Both the position numbers and the translations under genes were made by a program. Positions 9,688-19,807 of a stretch of 64,000 nucleotides of DNA are shown here, piece by piece. The stretch's first letter is position 1. Every line of letters starts with the position of its first letter. The notes below the pieces were generated by a model, which saw nothing but the letters and a program-made list of their open reading frames with translations, did no database searches and had not been told where the DNA came from. Source of the stretch: Lysobacterales bacterium (GTDB taxonomy: Bacteria; Pseudomonadota; Gammaproteobacteria; Xanthomonadales; SZUA-5); contig JAXMHB010000003.1 in the NCBI GenBank assembly GCA_046346965.1, positions 228,778 to 292,777 of the forward strand, read 5' to 3'.

Positions 9688-10284
9688 GGGCGCACTGAGC
9701 GACGGCAGGTCCGTGCGCAGCGCCTGGAGGTGCGCCTCAAAGCCCTCCAGGCAGGCCTGCCAGGCGCCCGGCAGGCAGTGCGATTCGGAGTCCCGCCGCA
9801 GCGCGTACACGTGCTCGCGCGGGATGCCGGCGGCGGCGTAGGCGGCAAAATCCGTGGTGGAATCGCCGTAGGCATAGGCCAGCGTCCAGCCAGCGGCGCG
9901 ATAGGCCTGGAGCACGCGCGTCTTGTACTGATCGGGCGCCTTGCGATCGGCACCGTCGGCCGGCAAATGCAGCGGGCCGGCCGGGAAGCCCTGCGCGATC
10001 AGCCACTGATCGAGGCCAGACTGGAACCACGGGTGGCGCGCGCTCAGGTACACCACGTGATAGCCCTTGGCGAGGTAGTGCTGCAGCGTCGCCGCCGCCT
10101 GCGGGCGCACGCTGCGGATGGCGCGCACATCCGGCGTCAGCGTGCCATCGATATCGACGACCACCAGCGCATGCAGATCCGCCGGCGCCGCCGGGATCGG
10201 CTGCGGCGCCGGGGCGGCGCAGGCGGAGAGTGACAGCGCCAGGGCGCAGGCCAGTCCAGCCTTTGCTATCGCAGACATGGGCAC
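9652..10284 (-). CDS. HAD-superfamily phosphatase lipoprotein (LNS2/App1-like)
   Basis: Lipobox LSLSAC, HAD motif [16 protein letters not shown] and GDSTTD. Its 3' end overlaps the pgk 3' end by about 36 nt. Confidence 0.7.
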   Translation of the reverse strand: MPMSAIAKAGLACALALSLSACAAPAPQPIPAAPADLHALVVVDIDGTLTPDVRAIRSVRPQAAATLQHYLAKGYHVVYLSARHPWFQSGLDQWLIAQGFPAGPLHLPADGADRKAPDQYKTRVLQAYRAAGWTLAYAYGDSTTDFAAYAAAGIPREHVYALRRDSESHCLPGAWQACLEGFEAHLQALRTDLPSLSAPSGARLQDGHGG

Positions 10285-10389
10285 CTCGATGCGCTGGAAG
10301 TCCGGCGAATGTTAGCCCGCGCTGGCCGTGCGCTGTCCGGATCCTGCACGTTTCCCCGTATCGGCTGACATTCCCGTCGGAGATCTGCG

Positions 10390-11412
10390 ATGCGAGCGTG
10401 GTGTGCTGTCCTACTCTGTGTGCTCTCCCCGTGCGCCGTTCAGGCCCTGAGCCTGAGCAATACGCTGGGGGAGGACCAACGCGCCGAAACCTTGAGCGTC
10501 GAGATCGACGGGCGCGTGGTCGGGCGACTCAAGCTCGACGCCGAGCACCTGCAGGCCACGCTGCGCTTGCCTGCGGGCGCGCGCCGCTACCGGCTACAGG
10601 GAACGGCAGAGATGAGCGATGGCACACGGCTGACGGTGGCGGGCGCCGGGCTGATCGTCTCGGTCGCCGAGATGGACCGCATCGGCGAGGCAGGCCGCGC
10701 CGCGGACGCGCTCGCCGCCTATGAGGATCTGGTCCGCGCGCTGCAGGCGGCGGCGCCGGAGGTCGATCTGTCGGCGCTGCCGTTGACGCGCGGAAGGCCG
10801 GTCAGCGAGGCCGAGTTGGCCGCCGCCGAGCGCCGCCTGGGCACGCGTTTGCCCGCGGGCTATCGCGAGCAGCTGCGGACCCTCGGCGCACTGACGGTGG
10901 GACTGCCCGATGCGCCCAGCGGGCGGCTCTACGGTCCGGATGCGCTGGACACGCTGCAGGCCTGGGTGCTCGCCCGGGCCGCCGAGAACGATTCCAGTCG
11001 CCAGGAGCTGCGCGCAATCGAGGCCTTCATCGGCAAGCGCTTCCGCCCGGCACGCCAGGATCTGGTCCTCGGCGTCTGGGAACGCGACGAACCCACGCTG
11101 GTACGCGCTGGCGAGCGCTGCCCGAGCGGCGAAACACCCTACGCCTTCCCGGAAACCCAATGGGAAGTGCTGATGGGAGCTGGCCTAGACGACAACGCCT
11201 TCATGGGCCTGATCAGCTATGAGGATGACATCGTCGGCGAGACGCAGTGCCTGAGTTTTGATCGGGAACTGGCCTACTCGCTGCACGACCACCTGATCGA
11301 ACTCGGCCGCGACGCGCTCTACGTGATCGGCCCCGACGAAACCCGGATCGCGATCCAGCGGCGCGATATCGATCGGGAGCGTATTTGGTTGGGGCTGACT
11401 GAGGGGGAGTAG
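10390..11412 (+). CDS. Secreted hypothetical protein with a SMI1/KNR4 (SUKH)-like segment
   Basis: Signal peptide MRAWCAVLLCVLSPCAVQA. The central segment ELAAAERRLGTRLPAGYREQLRTLGAL resembles the SUKH/SMI1-KNR4 core motif. Confidence 0.55.
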   Translation: MRAWCAVLLCVLSPCAVQALSLSNTLGEDQRAETLSVEIDGRVVGRLKLDAEHLQATLRLPAGARRYRLQGTAEMSDGTRLTVAGAGLIVSVAEMDRIGEAGRAADALAAYEDLVRALQAAAPEVDLSALPLTRGRPVSEAELAAAERRLGTRLPAGYREQLRTLGALTVGLPDAPSGRLYGPDALDTLQAWVLARAAENDSSRQELRAIEAFIGKRFRPARQDLVLGVWERDEPTLVRAGERCPSGETPYAFPETQWEVLMGAGLDDNAFMGLISYEDDIVGETQCLSFDRELAYSLHDHLIELGRDALYVIGPDETRIAIQRRDIDRERIWLGLTEGE

Positions 11413-12640
11413 GGAATGGAACGGGAAAAGGGAAAAAGGGAAAGGGAAAAAGGAAGAGCGGCGGCCGTTGCAGAGCCCCGTAGGCAGGGTCCTTCGCGTC
11501 CGCGCTGTGCAAGACCGTCCCGTAGGCCGGGTCCTTCGCGTCCGCAGTGTGCAGCTTCGCCGCAGGTTCCCACACGCGAGGCGCCCGGCGCTGTGCTGCG
11601 GCAGGTCTGTCGACCTGGCCGCGCAGGGATCGCGATGGACCTCCGGGGTGTTGCGACCTGCCCGAAAGTGTCTCCCGAGGACCTGCGCAGGGATCTCGAT
11701 GGTGCTGCGAGGGTGTCCCGATACCCTCCCGAGGCTGTCGCGACCTGCCCAAAGGTATCTCGCGAGGACTTGCGCGGGTCTGTCGATGACCTCGCGAGCC
11801 TGTCCCGAGGCCCTGCGCGCATGTCGCGATGTGCTTGCGAGGGTGTCCCGACGTGCTGCGAGCAGATCGCGATGGGCTCGCAGGGGTGGACCTGTGGGCT
11901 TGCGAGGATATCGCGATGAGCTCGCAGCCCCACCGAAGAACCTCGACAGCGTGTCGCGACAGGGTCGTGGCTATGTCGGGACAGCCTCACCGGGTCGTTG
12001 CGATAGGGTCCGCAGCGTATCGCGATAGGCTCGAAAGGTGGTCGGGTGGGGCTCGAAAGGGTGTCGCGACAGGGTCCGCAGGGTATCGCGATATCCACGC
12101 AGGACATCGGGACCTGCGCGCGGGCCCGTCGTGATGGGCTGGCATGCAGGTCCGCAGAGGCGCCGAGGCTGTCGGGAGGGGGCGGCCGGTATAGCCGGGC
12201 AGCGCGATGAGCGTGGTCTGGCGCTCGGCTACCCCGATCCGGAGCGAGTTGTCTTCCGGATGGAAGAGGGAAAAGGAAAAAGGGACAAAGCGCGACCAGC
12301 AAAAGCCGCGGCCGCCGGCGCGATGAATGGCGGTCGCATTAAAGACGCTGCGGCGCGCACGGAGCCGCGCTACATTGCGCCTGGGACGCCGTGAGCCGCC
12401 ACTCCCTTTTTCCCACGGGGCGGGTGGGCAGCGGGGCGATTGGTAGAGAGTGAAAAGTGAAAAGTGAAAAGTGAAAGGAAAAGCCGCGGCCGCCGGCGGA
12501 TCGGACAAGGGTCGCGAGATGAACCCGACTGCGCGCACCGAGCCGCGCTGCGCGACGCTTGCAAGGAACTGTGAAAGGGCAGCGAGCGCTTCACCTTTAA
12601 CTTTTAACTTTTAACTTTTCACTCCATATCCCACCCATCC
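11413..12640. repeat. 1.2 kb non-coding repeat-rich region with several repeat classes. Purine-rich SSRs: (GGAAAAG)n at 11416-11460 and 12262-12290, (GTGAAAA)4 at 12448-12476, (TTTTAAC)3 at 12596-12622. Degenerate tandem units of about 87 and 44 bp. Duplicated blocks of about 150 bp. About 11 phased TCGCGA palindromes
   Basis: Three overlapping spurious ORFs on both strands show no codon-position GC periodicity, unlike flanking genes. All repeats were read directly in the sequence. Confidence 0.7.
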
Positions 12641-13957
12641 TCACCCCACCGGCAACCGCACCACCACCACGCAGCCGCGCGCGTCGGGGCGGTTGGACAG
12701 CGTCAGCGTGCCGCCGTGGTTCTCGGTGATCTGCCGCGCCAGCACCAGACCGACGCCGCTACCGCCGGGTTTGGTCGTGTAGAAGGGCACGAACAAGTTG
12801 TCGGTCTTGGCGAGGCCGGGGCCGTCGTCTTCGATCTCGATCTGTACCCAGTCGTTCTCGGCGTTCAGTCGGATGCGAACGCCGCCATCGGTTTCGAGCG
12901 CGGCTTCGGCGGCGTTCTTGGTCAGGTTGATCAGCGCCTGTTCCAGTTGATCGGGATCGGCATGCAGGCGGATCTCCGGCCAGTCGCCGATGGCAATGCT
13001 GCGGCGCTGTTCCAGCCGGGCGACGCGGCGCAGCAGTCCGGACAGCTCGACCTCCCGCTTGTGCGGCGGCGGCAGGCGCGCCAGTCGGGTGTAGGTGGAC
13101 ATGAAGCGCGTCAGCGACTCGGCGCGATCGCCGATGATGCCGAGCGCGCCCTGGACGTCCTCGCGCCAGTCCTCCGGCAAGGGCTCGCGCGCCACGATGC
13201 CGACTAGCGTGGCCGCCATCGAACGGATCGGCGCCAGCGAGTTATTGAGCTCATGGCCGAGCACGCGGATCAGGCGCTGCCAGGCCTGGCGCTCCTCCTC
13301 ACGCAGCGCGCGCGACAGATCGGTGATCGCCAGCAGTTCGTGCGGGCGACCGCCCTCGCGAAAGGCCGCGCGGCGCAAATCGAAGCTGCCGGCGCCGCCC
13401 GGGAAGGCGGTCTTCAGCGTCGCCGGTGTCTCGGCTTCACAGCAGGCGTCGAGGCCCAGTTCGCGCGCCGTGCGTCCCAGCGCCTGGCTGGCCGGCAGTG
13501 CCAGCAAGCGCTCGCCGGCCGGGTTGATCAGTTTGAGCTGACGCTGATCATCGAGCGCAAAAATGGCGATATCGACGTTCGCCAGCACCTTGGTCAGCAG
13601 CGCGCCCGACTCCTCGACCTTGAGGCGCTGCTCGCGCAGCGTGCTGGCCAGCGCGTTGACCTCCCACAGCACTTCCCCGAGCGCATCGCCGCGCCGCGCC
13701 GAGATGCTGCGCAGACTGTAGTCACCGGCGCGCAGCGCATCGAGCAGATTCACCAGCGTCAGCAAAGGGTGCACGACCTCGCGCCGCAAGCGCCGCCACA
13801 GCCAGGCGGTCAGCGCCACCAGTGCAGCCATCGCCCCGAAACGCAGACCCGGCGTCCCGTCCAGCCGCCACAGGTACACGCAGGCCAGCACCAGCGCCGG
13901 CAGCACCAGCAGCACCGACCAGAGCCCGACCCGCAGCTCGTAGCGCAGGCGGCTCAT
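12641..13957 (-). CDS. Sensor histidine kinase with 2 TM helices, HAMP/PAS, HisKA and HATPase_c domains
   Basis: H-box LGHELNNSLAPI and G-boxes DDGPGL and GGSGVGL. Start chosen at MSRLRYEL. The track ORF extends into the repeat arrays. Confidence 0.85.
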   Translation of the reverse strand: MSRLRYELRVGLWSVLLVLPALVLACVYLWRLDGTPGLRFGAMAALVALTAWLWRRLRREVVHPLLTLVNLLDALRAGDYSLRSISARRGDALGEVLWEVNALASTLREQRLKVEESGALLTKVLANVDIAIFALDDQRQLKLINPAGERLLALPASQALGRTARELGLDACCEAETPATLKTAFPGGAGSFDLRRAAFREGGRPHELLAITDLSRALREEERQAWQRLIRVLGHELNNSLAPIRSMAATLVGIVAREPLPEDWREDVQGALGIIGDRAESLTRFMSTYTRLARLPPPHKREVELSGLLRRVARLEQRRSIAIGDWPEIRLHADPDQLEQALINLTKNAAEAALETDGGVRIRLNAENDWVQIEIEDDGPGLAKTDNLFVPFYTTKPGGSGVGLVLARQITENHGGTLTLSNRPDARGCVVVVRLPVG

Positions 13958-13969
13958 TGGAGCGCCCAG

Positions 13970-14328
13970 AAGCCGAGGGCCCGAAAGCCGAGGGCACGAG
14001 GGCACGAGGGCACGCAAAAGCCGAGGGCACGAGGGCACGAGGGCACGAGGGCACGCGAAAGCGCAGGCACAAGCGGAAGCAACAGCAGTCCTGCCGCATG
14101 CGGATGCAGACCTGCCGTCGGCACCGCCGCCCACAACGCCATGCTGCGATCACCGCGGGGAGCCGCAAGGTCCCCCGGCACCCGCTTCTGCGTGCCCTCG
14201 TGCCCTCGTGCCCTCGTGCCCCGGCTTCTGCGTGCCCTCATGCCCTCATGCCCTTCTGCCTCCGCCTCTGCGTGCCCTCGTGCCCTCATGCCCTTCTGCC
14301 TCCGCCTCTGCGTGCCCTCGTGCCCTCG
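13970..14328. repeat. Inverted arrays of tandem 8-mers filling the intergenic region. (GAGGGCAC)n units are on the left arm (13970-14063) and (GTGCCCTC)n units on the right arm (14184-14328), around a unique core of about 120 bp
   Basis: The left units AAAGCCGAGGGCACGAGGGCACGAGGGCACGC are exact reverse complements of the right units. Fills the gap between the regulator stop and the kinase start. Confidence 0.75.
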
Positions 14329-14338
14329 CAAATCCGCT

Positions 14339-15721
<1,383 letters not shown>

Positions 15722-15932
15722 GCGGGTGTCCGTTGGTGCAGGAATGGAGCGCGCTACGCAGTTTACGTGCCAGGCCGCAGACAGCACGCGCTGGCACGGG
15801 CAGCGCACAACAGTGTCCGATTCCGGACAGCAAAAGCGATCAGCCGTCCGCCTTCATACAACGGTCGTCAGGCCGTCACGCCGCTGTTGCCTGGGCTGCG
15901 CACAGTCCGCGCCATCGCCAGAGGAGCATCTC

Positions 15933-17645
15933 ATGCACAGTCTGCAGACCGAGATCATCCAGCGCTGGCCGCATTGGTTCGCCGGTGCCCGCGCGCGTCT
16001 GACCCGCCCTCTGCTCGATCGCCTGCTGCGCTACACGCGGCTGGATCGGGCCGAGGCCTTTCTGGCGGCGCATCCGCATCTGCGCGGTCTGGAGTTTGTC
16101 GAGGGCGTGCTGCGCGATCTGGATGTGCGTTACCAGGTGGACGATCTGGAGCGCCAACGGATTCCGCTCAGCGGCGCATGCGTGATCGTCGCCAACCATC
16201 CGCTCGGTGGACTGGATGCGCTGGCGCTGCTGAAGCTGGTGGGCGATCTGCGCCGCGATGTGCACATCGTCGCGAATGACTGGCTGTGCCGCCTGCAGCC
16301 GCTCAGGGAGCTGTTGCTGCCAGTGCGCGTATTCGGCGGGCGCAGCGGCGGCGCGCAACTCGATGCCATCGACGCGGCGCTGGCGCAGGGCGCCGCAGTG
16401 ATCGTATTCCCCGCCGCCGAGGTCTCGCGCCTGTCCTGGCGCGGCATCCGCGACCGTGCCTGGCGCCAGGGTTTCGTCCGCTTTGCCGCACGCCATCAAG
16501 CGCCGGTGCTGCCGGTGCGCGTGCAGGCACGCAACTCCATCGGTTTTTACGCCGGCGCAGCGCTCGCCAGTCCGCTCGGGACGGCGCTGCTGCCGCGCGA
16601 GCTGTACGCGCCGGGTGGCCGGCGTATCGAGATGCGCATCGCCCGCCCGTGGTCGCTGCCGGCCGACGCCGATCAAGGCGGCCAGGCCCGCGGCATCGCG
16701 GCGCGCGTGCAGCAGGCGGTCGAACGCCTGCGGCGCGGACGCGATATGCTGCCGGCGCGCGCCGAAGCCATCGCCCATCCGCTGCACCGCGATGCGCTGG
16801 TCAGCGCCATCGCCACCCTTGATGTGCTCGGTGAGACCGCCGACGGCAAGCGCATCTTGCTGGCGCAGCCGGGCGCGCCGTCGATCGTGCTGCGCGAAAT
16901 CGCGCGCCTCCGTGAACTGACCTTTCGCGCGGTCGGCGAGGGCACCGGGACGGCACTGGACTGGGATCGCTTCGATGCCTGGTACGACCAGATCGTGCTG
17001 TGGGACAGCACTGCCCAGCGCATCGTCGGCGCCTACCGGGTGGGACGCAGTGCCGCGATCCTGGCCCAGCACGGCAAGGCCGGGCTGTACACACACACCT
17101 TGTTCGACTTCGATCCGCGCCTGGACGAAGTACTCGGCAGCGGCCTGGAACTCGGTCGCAGCTTCGTCGTGCCCGACTACTGGGGCAGCCGCAGCCTCGA
17201 CTACCTGTGGTACGGCATTGGTGCCTACCTGCGCCGCTACCCCGATCTGCGCTGGCTGTTTGGCACCGTGTCGATCAGCGCCGCATTGCCGCGACCTGCA
17301 CGCGATCACTTGGTGGGTTACTACCAGCAGCACCACGGCGGCGATTCCGGGCTGGTGCGTGCGCACCATCCCTACCCCACACCACCGCCGCACTACGCCG
17401 AACTCGACAGTACCCAGGCCTTCCGCGTGCTGCGCGACAACCTGCAGCAATTCGGCGCGCGCGTGCCCACTCTGTACAAGCAATACACCGAGCTGTGCGA
17501 GCCGGGCGGCGCGCGCTTCCTGGCGTTTGGTGTCGACCCCGATTTCAACGACGCCGTGGACGGGTTGATCCTCGTCGATCTGCAGCAAGTGACGCCGCGC
17601 AAGCGCGAGCGCTATCTGGTTGCGCGCACGGAGCTGACGGCATGA
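15933..17645 (+). CDS. Two-domain acyltransferase: N-terminal PlsC/OlsA-like O-acyltransferase and C-terminal OlsB-like N-acyltransferase (OlsF-like, ornithine-lipid synthase type)
   Basis: HPLGGLDALAL acyltransferase motif in the N-terminal half. The OlsB/hemolysin-like region (GAYRVGRS...GLYTHTLFDFD) is in the C-terminal half. GAGGAG RBS 6 nt before the ATG at 15933. Confidence 0.6.
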   Translation: MHSLQTEIIQRWPHWFAGARARLTRPLLDRLLRYTRLDRAEAFLAAHPHLRGLEFVEGVLRDLDVRYQVDDLERQRIPLSGACVIVANHPLGGLDALALLKLVGDLRRDVHIVANDWLCRLQPLRELLLPVRVFGGRSGGAQLDAIDAALAQGAAVIVFPAAEVSRLSWRGIRDRAWRQGFVRFAARHQAPVLPVRVQARNSIGFYAGAALASPLGTALLPRELYAPGGRRIEMRIARPWSLPADADQGGQARGIAARVQQAVERLRRGRDMLPARAEAIAHPLHRDALVSAIATLDVLGETADGKRILLAQPGAPSIVLREIARLRELTFRAVGEGTGTALDWDRFDAWYDQIVLWDSTAQRIVGAYRVGRSAAILAQHGKAGLYTHTLFDFDPRLDEVLGSGLELGRSFVVPDYWGSRSLDYLWYGIGAYLRRYPDLRWLFGTVSISAALPRPARDHLVGYYQQHHGGDSGLVRAHHPYPTPPPHYAELDSTQAFRVLRDNLQQFGARVPTLYKQYTELCEPGGARFLAFGVDPDFNDAVDGLILVDLQQVTPRKRERYLVARTELTA

Positions 17646-18436
17646 GCCCGGCCGAGACCAGCGCGGCCACCTTCATCTCGGACCTGCATCTGGGATCGAC
17701 GAACTGCCATGCCGAAGCGCTCTGTGATTTCCTGGCACACGTGCGCACCGAGAAGCTGTATCTGGTGGGCGATGTGGTCGACCTGTGGTGGATCAGCGCA
17801 CGCCGGGCGCGCTTTGATCGTCACCAGCATCAGGTGCTGCAGCAACTGCACCGGCTGGCGCGGGTGGGCACCGAACTGATCTACATCCCCGGCAACCACG
17901 ACCGCCCGCTGCGCGATCTCTGTGGTCTGGTGCTGCCGCGGATGACGGTGCGCCGGCAGGCGATTCACCGGGCCGCCGACGGTCGCCGCTATCTGGTCAC
18001 CCACGGCGATGATTTCGATGCCCATGTGCAGCGCGGCGACTGGCAGGAGTGGCTGGGCGATCGGCTGTACGACTACATCCTGGCGGGCAATCGGCTGACC
18101 CATCAGATGCGCCAGCGCCTGGGACTGCGCTACTGGTCACTGGCCGATTTCATCAAGCGCCAGAGCAGCCAGGCCGAGCGCTACATCGCCCGTTTCCGTG
18201 AGGCCGCGCTGCGGGCAGCCGCCGCCCGCGGGCTGGCCGGCGTGATCTGCGGCCATATCCATCGCCCGGCGCTGGAACAGATCGACGGGCTGATCTACGC
18301 CAACGACGGCGATTGGGTCGAAAGCATGACCGCGCTGCGCGAAGGCCCGAACGGACAACTGGCGCTGCTGCGCTGGACCGGCCGGCACGAACTGCTGGCC
18401 GAGATGCAGGCAGCGCCGCTGCTGCTGGCGGCTTGA
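17642..18436 (+). CDS. Calcineurin-like metallophosphoesterase (LpxH-like UDP-2,3-diacylglucosamine hydrolase paralog)
   Basis: FISDLHLG, GDVVDLW and PGNHD motifs. The ATG overlaps the upstream stop (ATGA), implying an operon with the acyltransferase. Confidence 0.75.
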   Translation: MSPAETSAATFISDLHLGSTNCHAEALCDFLAHVRTEKLYLVGDVVDLWWISARRARFDRHQHQVLQQLHRLARVGTELIYIPGNHDRPLRDLCGLVLPRMTVRRQAIHRAADGRRYLVTHGDDFDAHVQRGDWQEWLGDRLYDYILAGNRLTHQMRQRLGLRYWSLADFIKRQSSQAERYIARFREAALRAAAARGLAGVICGHIHRPALEQIDGLIYANDGDWVESMTALREGPNGQLALLRWTGRHELLAEMQAAPLLLAA

Positions 18437-18540
18437 AGCGGCCTCAGACGACGACGACTCCACGCGGCCCTGCGCGCTGCGCCTGTTAGCATCGGCTCGC
18501 CCACTGGCGCCAGACGCCAGCCCGCTGACACGGAGACGCT

Positions 18541-19803
18541 ATGGCTTCCGGCAACCGCCTGACGATGTACATCCTGATCGCGCTGGCACTGGGCGTGGTC
18601 TGTGGACTCAGCATCCACCACTACGCTGCCGATCCGGCGTCGACGGTGCAGTACTTCTCGCTGATCACGACGATCTTCCTGCGCCTGATCAAGATGATCA
18701 TCGCGCCGCTGGTGTTTTCCACGCTGGTGGTCGGCATCGCCAAGATGGGCGATGTCGGCACCGTCGGCCGGGTCGGCGTCAAGGCAATGGTGTGGTTCCT
18801 CGGCGCCTCGCTGGTGTCGCTGACGCTGGGGCTGCTGCTGGTCAACTTCTTCCAGCCGGGGGCGACGCTGAATCTGCCGCTGCCGGATGCCAACGCCAAG
18901 TCGGAGATCGTTGCCACCGGCATGAGCCTGGCCGAGTTCGTCAACCATCTGGTGCCGACCAGCATGTTCGACGCCATGGCGCGCAACGAGATTTTGCAGA
19001 TCGTGGTGTTCTCGGTGTTTTTCGGCGTCGGCTGCTCGGCGGTGGGCGCCAAGGCCAAAGTGCTGGTCGACGCGCTGGAAGGCCTGTCCTACGTGATGCT
19101 GCGCGTCACCATGCTGGTGATGTGGTTCGCGCCGGTGGCGGTATTTGCCGCGGTGTCAGCGGCGCTGGCAAAGAGTGGCGCCGGTCTGCTGGTTACCTAC
19201 GGCAAGTTCATGGGCCAGTTCTACTTCGGCATTGTGCTGCTGTGGGTGCTGCTGTTTCTGGGCGCGTGGGCAATGGTCGGCAAACGCGCGATCGCGCTGT
19301 TCAAAGCCGTGCGTGAGCCCACGCTGCTCGCCTTTGCCACTGCATCCAGCGAGGCGGCCTATCCGAAGACGCTGGCGCAGCTGGAGAAATTCGGCTGCAG
19401 CAATCGGGTGGCATCGTTCGTGCTGCCGCTCGGCTACTCCTTCAATCTGGACGGCTCGATGATGTACTGCACCTTCGCGGTGCTGTTCATCGCCCAGGCC
19501 TATGGCATCGAGCTCAGCGCCGGCCAGCAGCTGACCATGCTGCTGATTCTGATGGTCACCAGCAAAGGCATGGCCGGCGTGCCGCGCGCCTCGCTGGTGG
19601 TGATCGCCGCGACGCTGGCGCAGTTCAACATCCCCGAGGCCGGTTTGCTGCTGCTGCTCGGCATCGACCATTTCCTCGACATGGCGCGCTCGGCCACCAA
19701 TGTAATCGGCAACAGCGTCGCCACCGCGGCTGTCTCCGCCTGGGATGGTCAGTTGCGCAGCGAGGCCGAGGTGCAGGCGGAGCTGAAGCAGGCCACGGAC
19801 TGA
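18541..19803 (+). CDS. dctA: Dicarboxylate/amino-acid:cation symporter (DctA/GltP family)
   Basis: Full-length DAACS homology with about 8-10 TM segments. Confidence 0.9.
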   Translation: MASGNRLTMYILIALALGVVCGLSIHHYAADPASTVQYFSLITTIFLRLIKMIIAPLVFSTLVVGIAKMGDVGTVGRVGVKAMVWFLGASLVSLTLGLLLVNFFQPGATLNLPLPDANAKSEIVATGMSLAEFVNHLVPTSMFDAMARNEILQIVVFSVFFGVGCSAVGAKAKVLVDALEGLSYVMLRVTMLVMWFAPVAVFAAVSAALAKSGAGLLVTYGKFMGQFYFGIVLLWVLLFLGAWAMVGKRAIALFKAVREPTLLAFATASSEAAYPKTLAQLEKFGCSNRVASFVLPLGYSFNLDGSMMYCTFAVLFIAQAYGIELSAGQQLTMLLILMVTSKGMAGVPRASLVVIAATLAQFNIPEAGLLLLLGIDHFLDMARSATNVIGNSVATAAVSAWDGQLRSEAEVQAELKQATD

Positions 19804-19807
19804 TGCC

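Noticed and set aside
11319-12302. 327-aa minus-strand ORF and 186-aa plus-strand ORF inside the repeat region, with repeated SSRDTFGQVAT-like peptide units
   Set aside because: A sample of 20 codons in each frame gave position-3 GC of only about 55-60%, against about 90% in real genes here. Several frames are open at once, and the peptide repeats simply mirror the DNA tandem repeats. Treated as non-coding.
11413-14335. Possible CRISPR array, suggested by many short repeats
   Set aside because: The repeats are contiguous or degenerate with no unique spacers of uniform length. No cas genes or leader-like AT-rich sequence are present.
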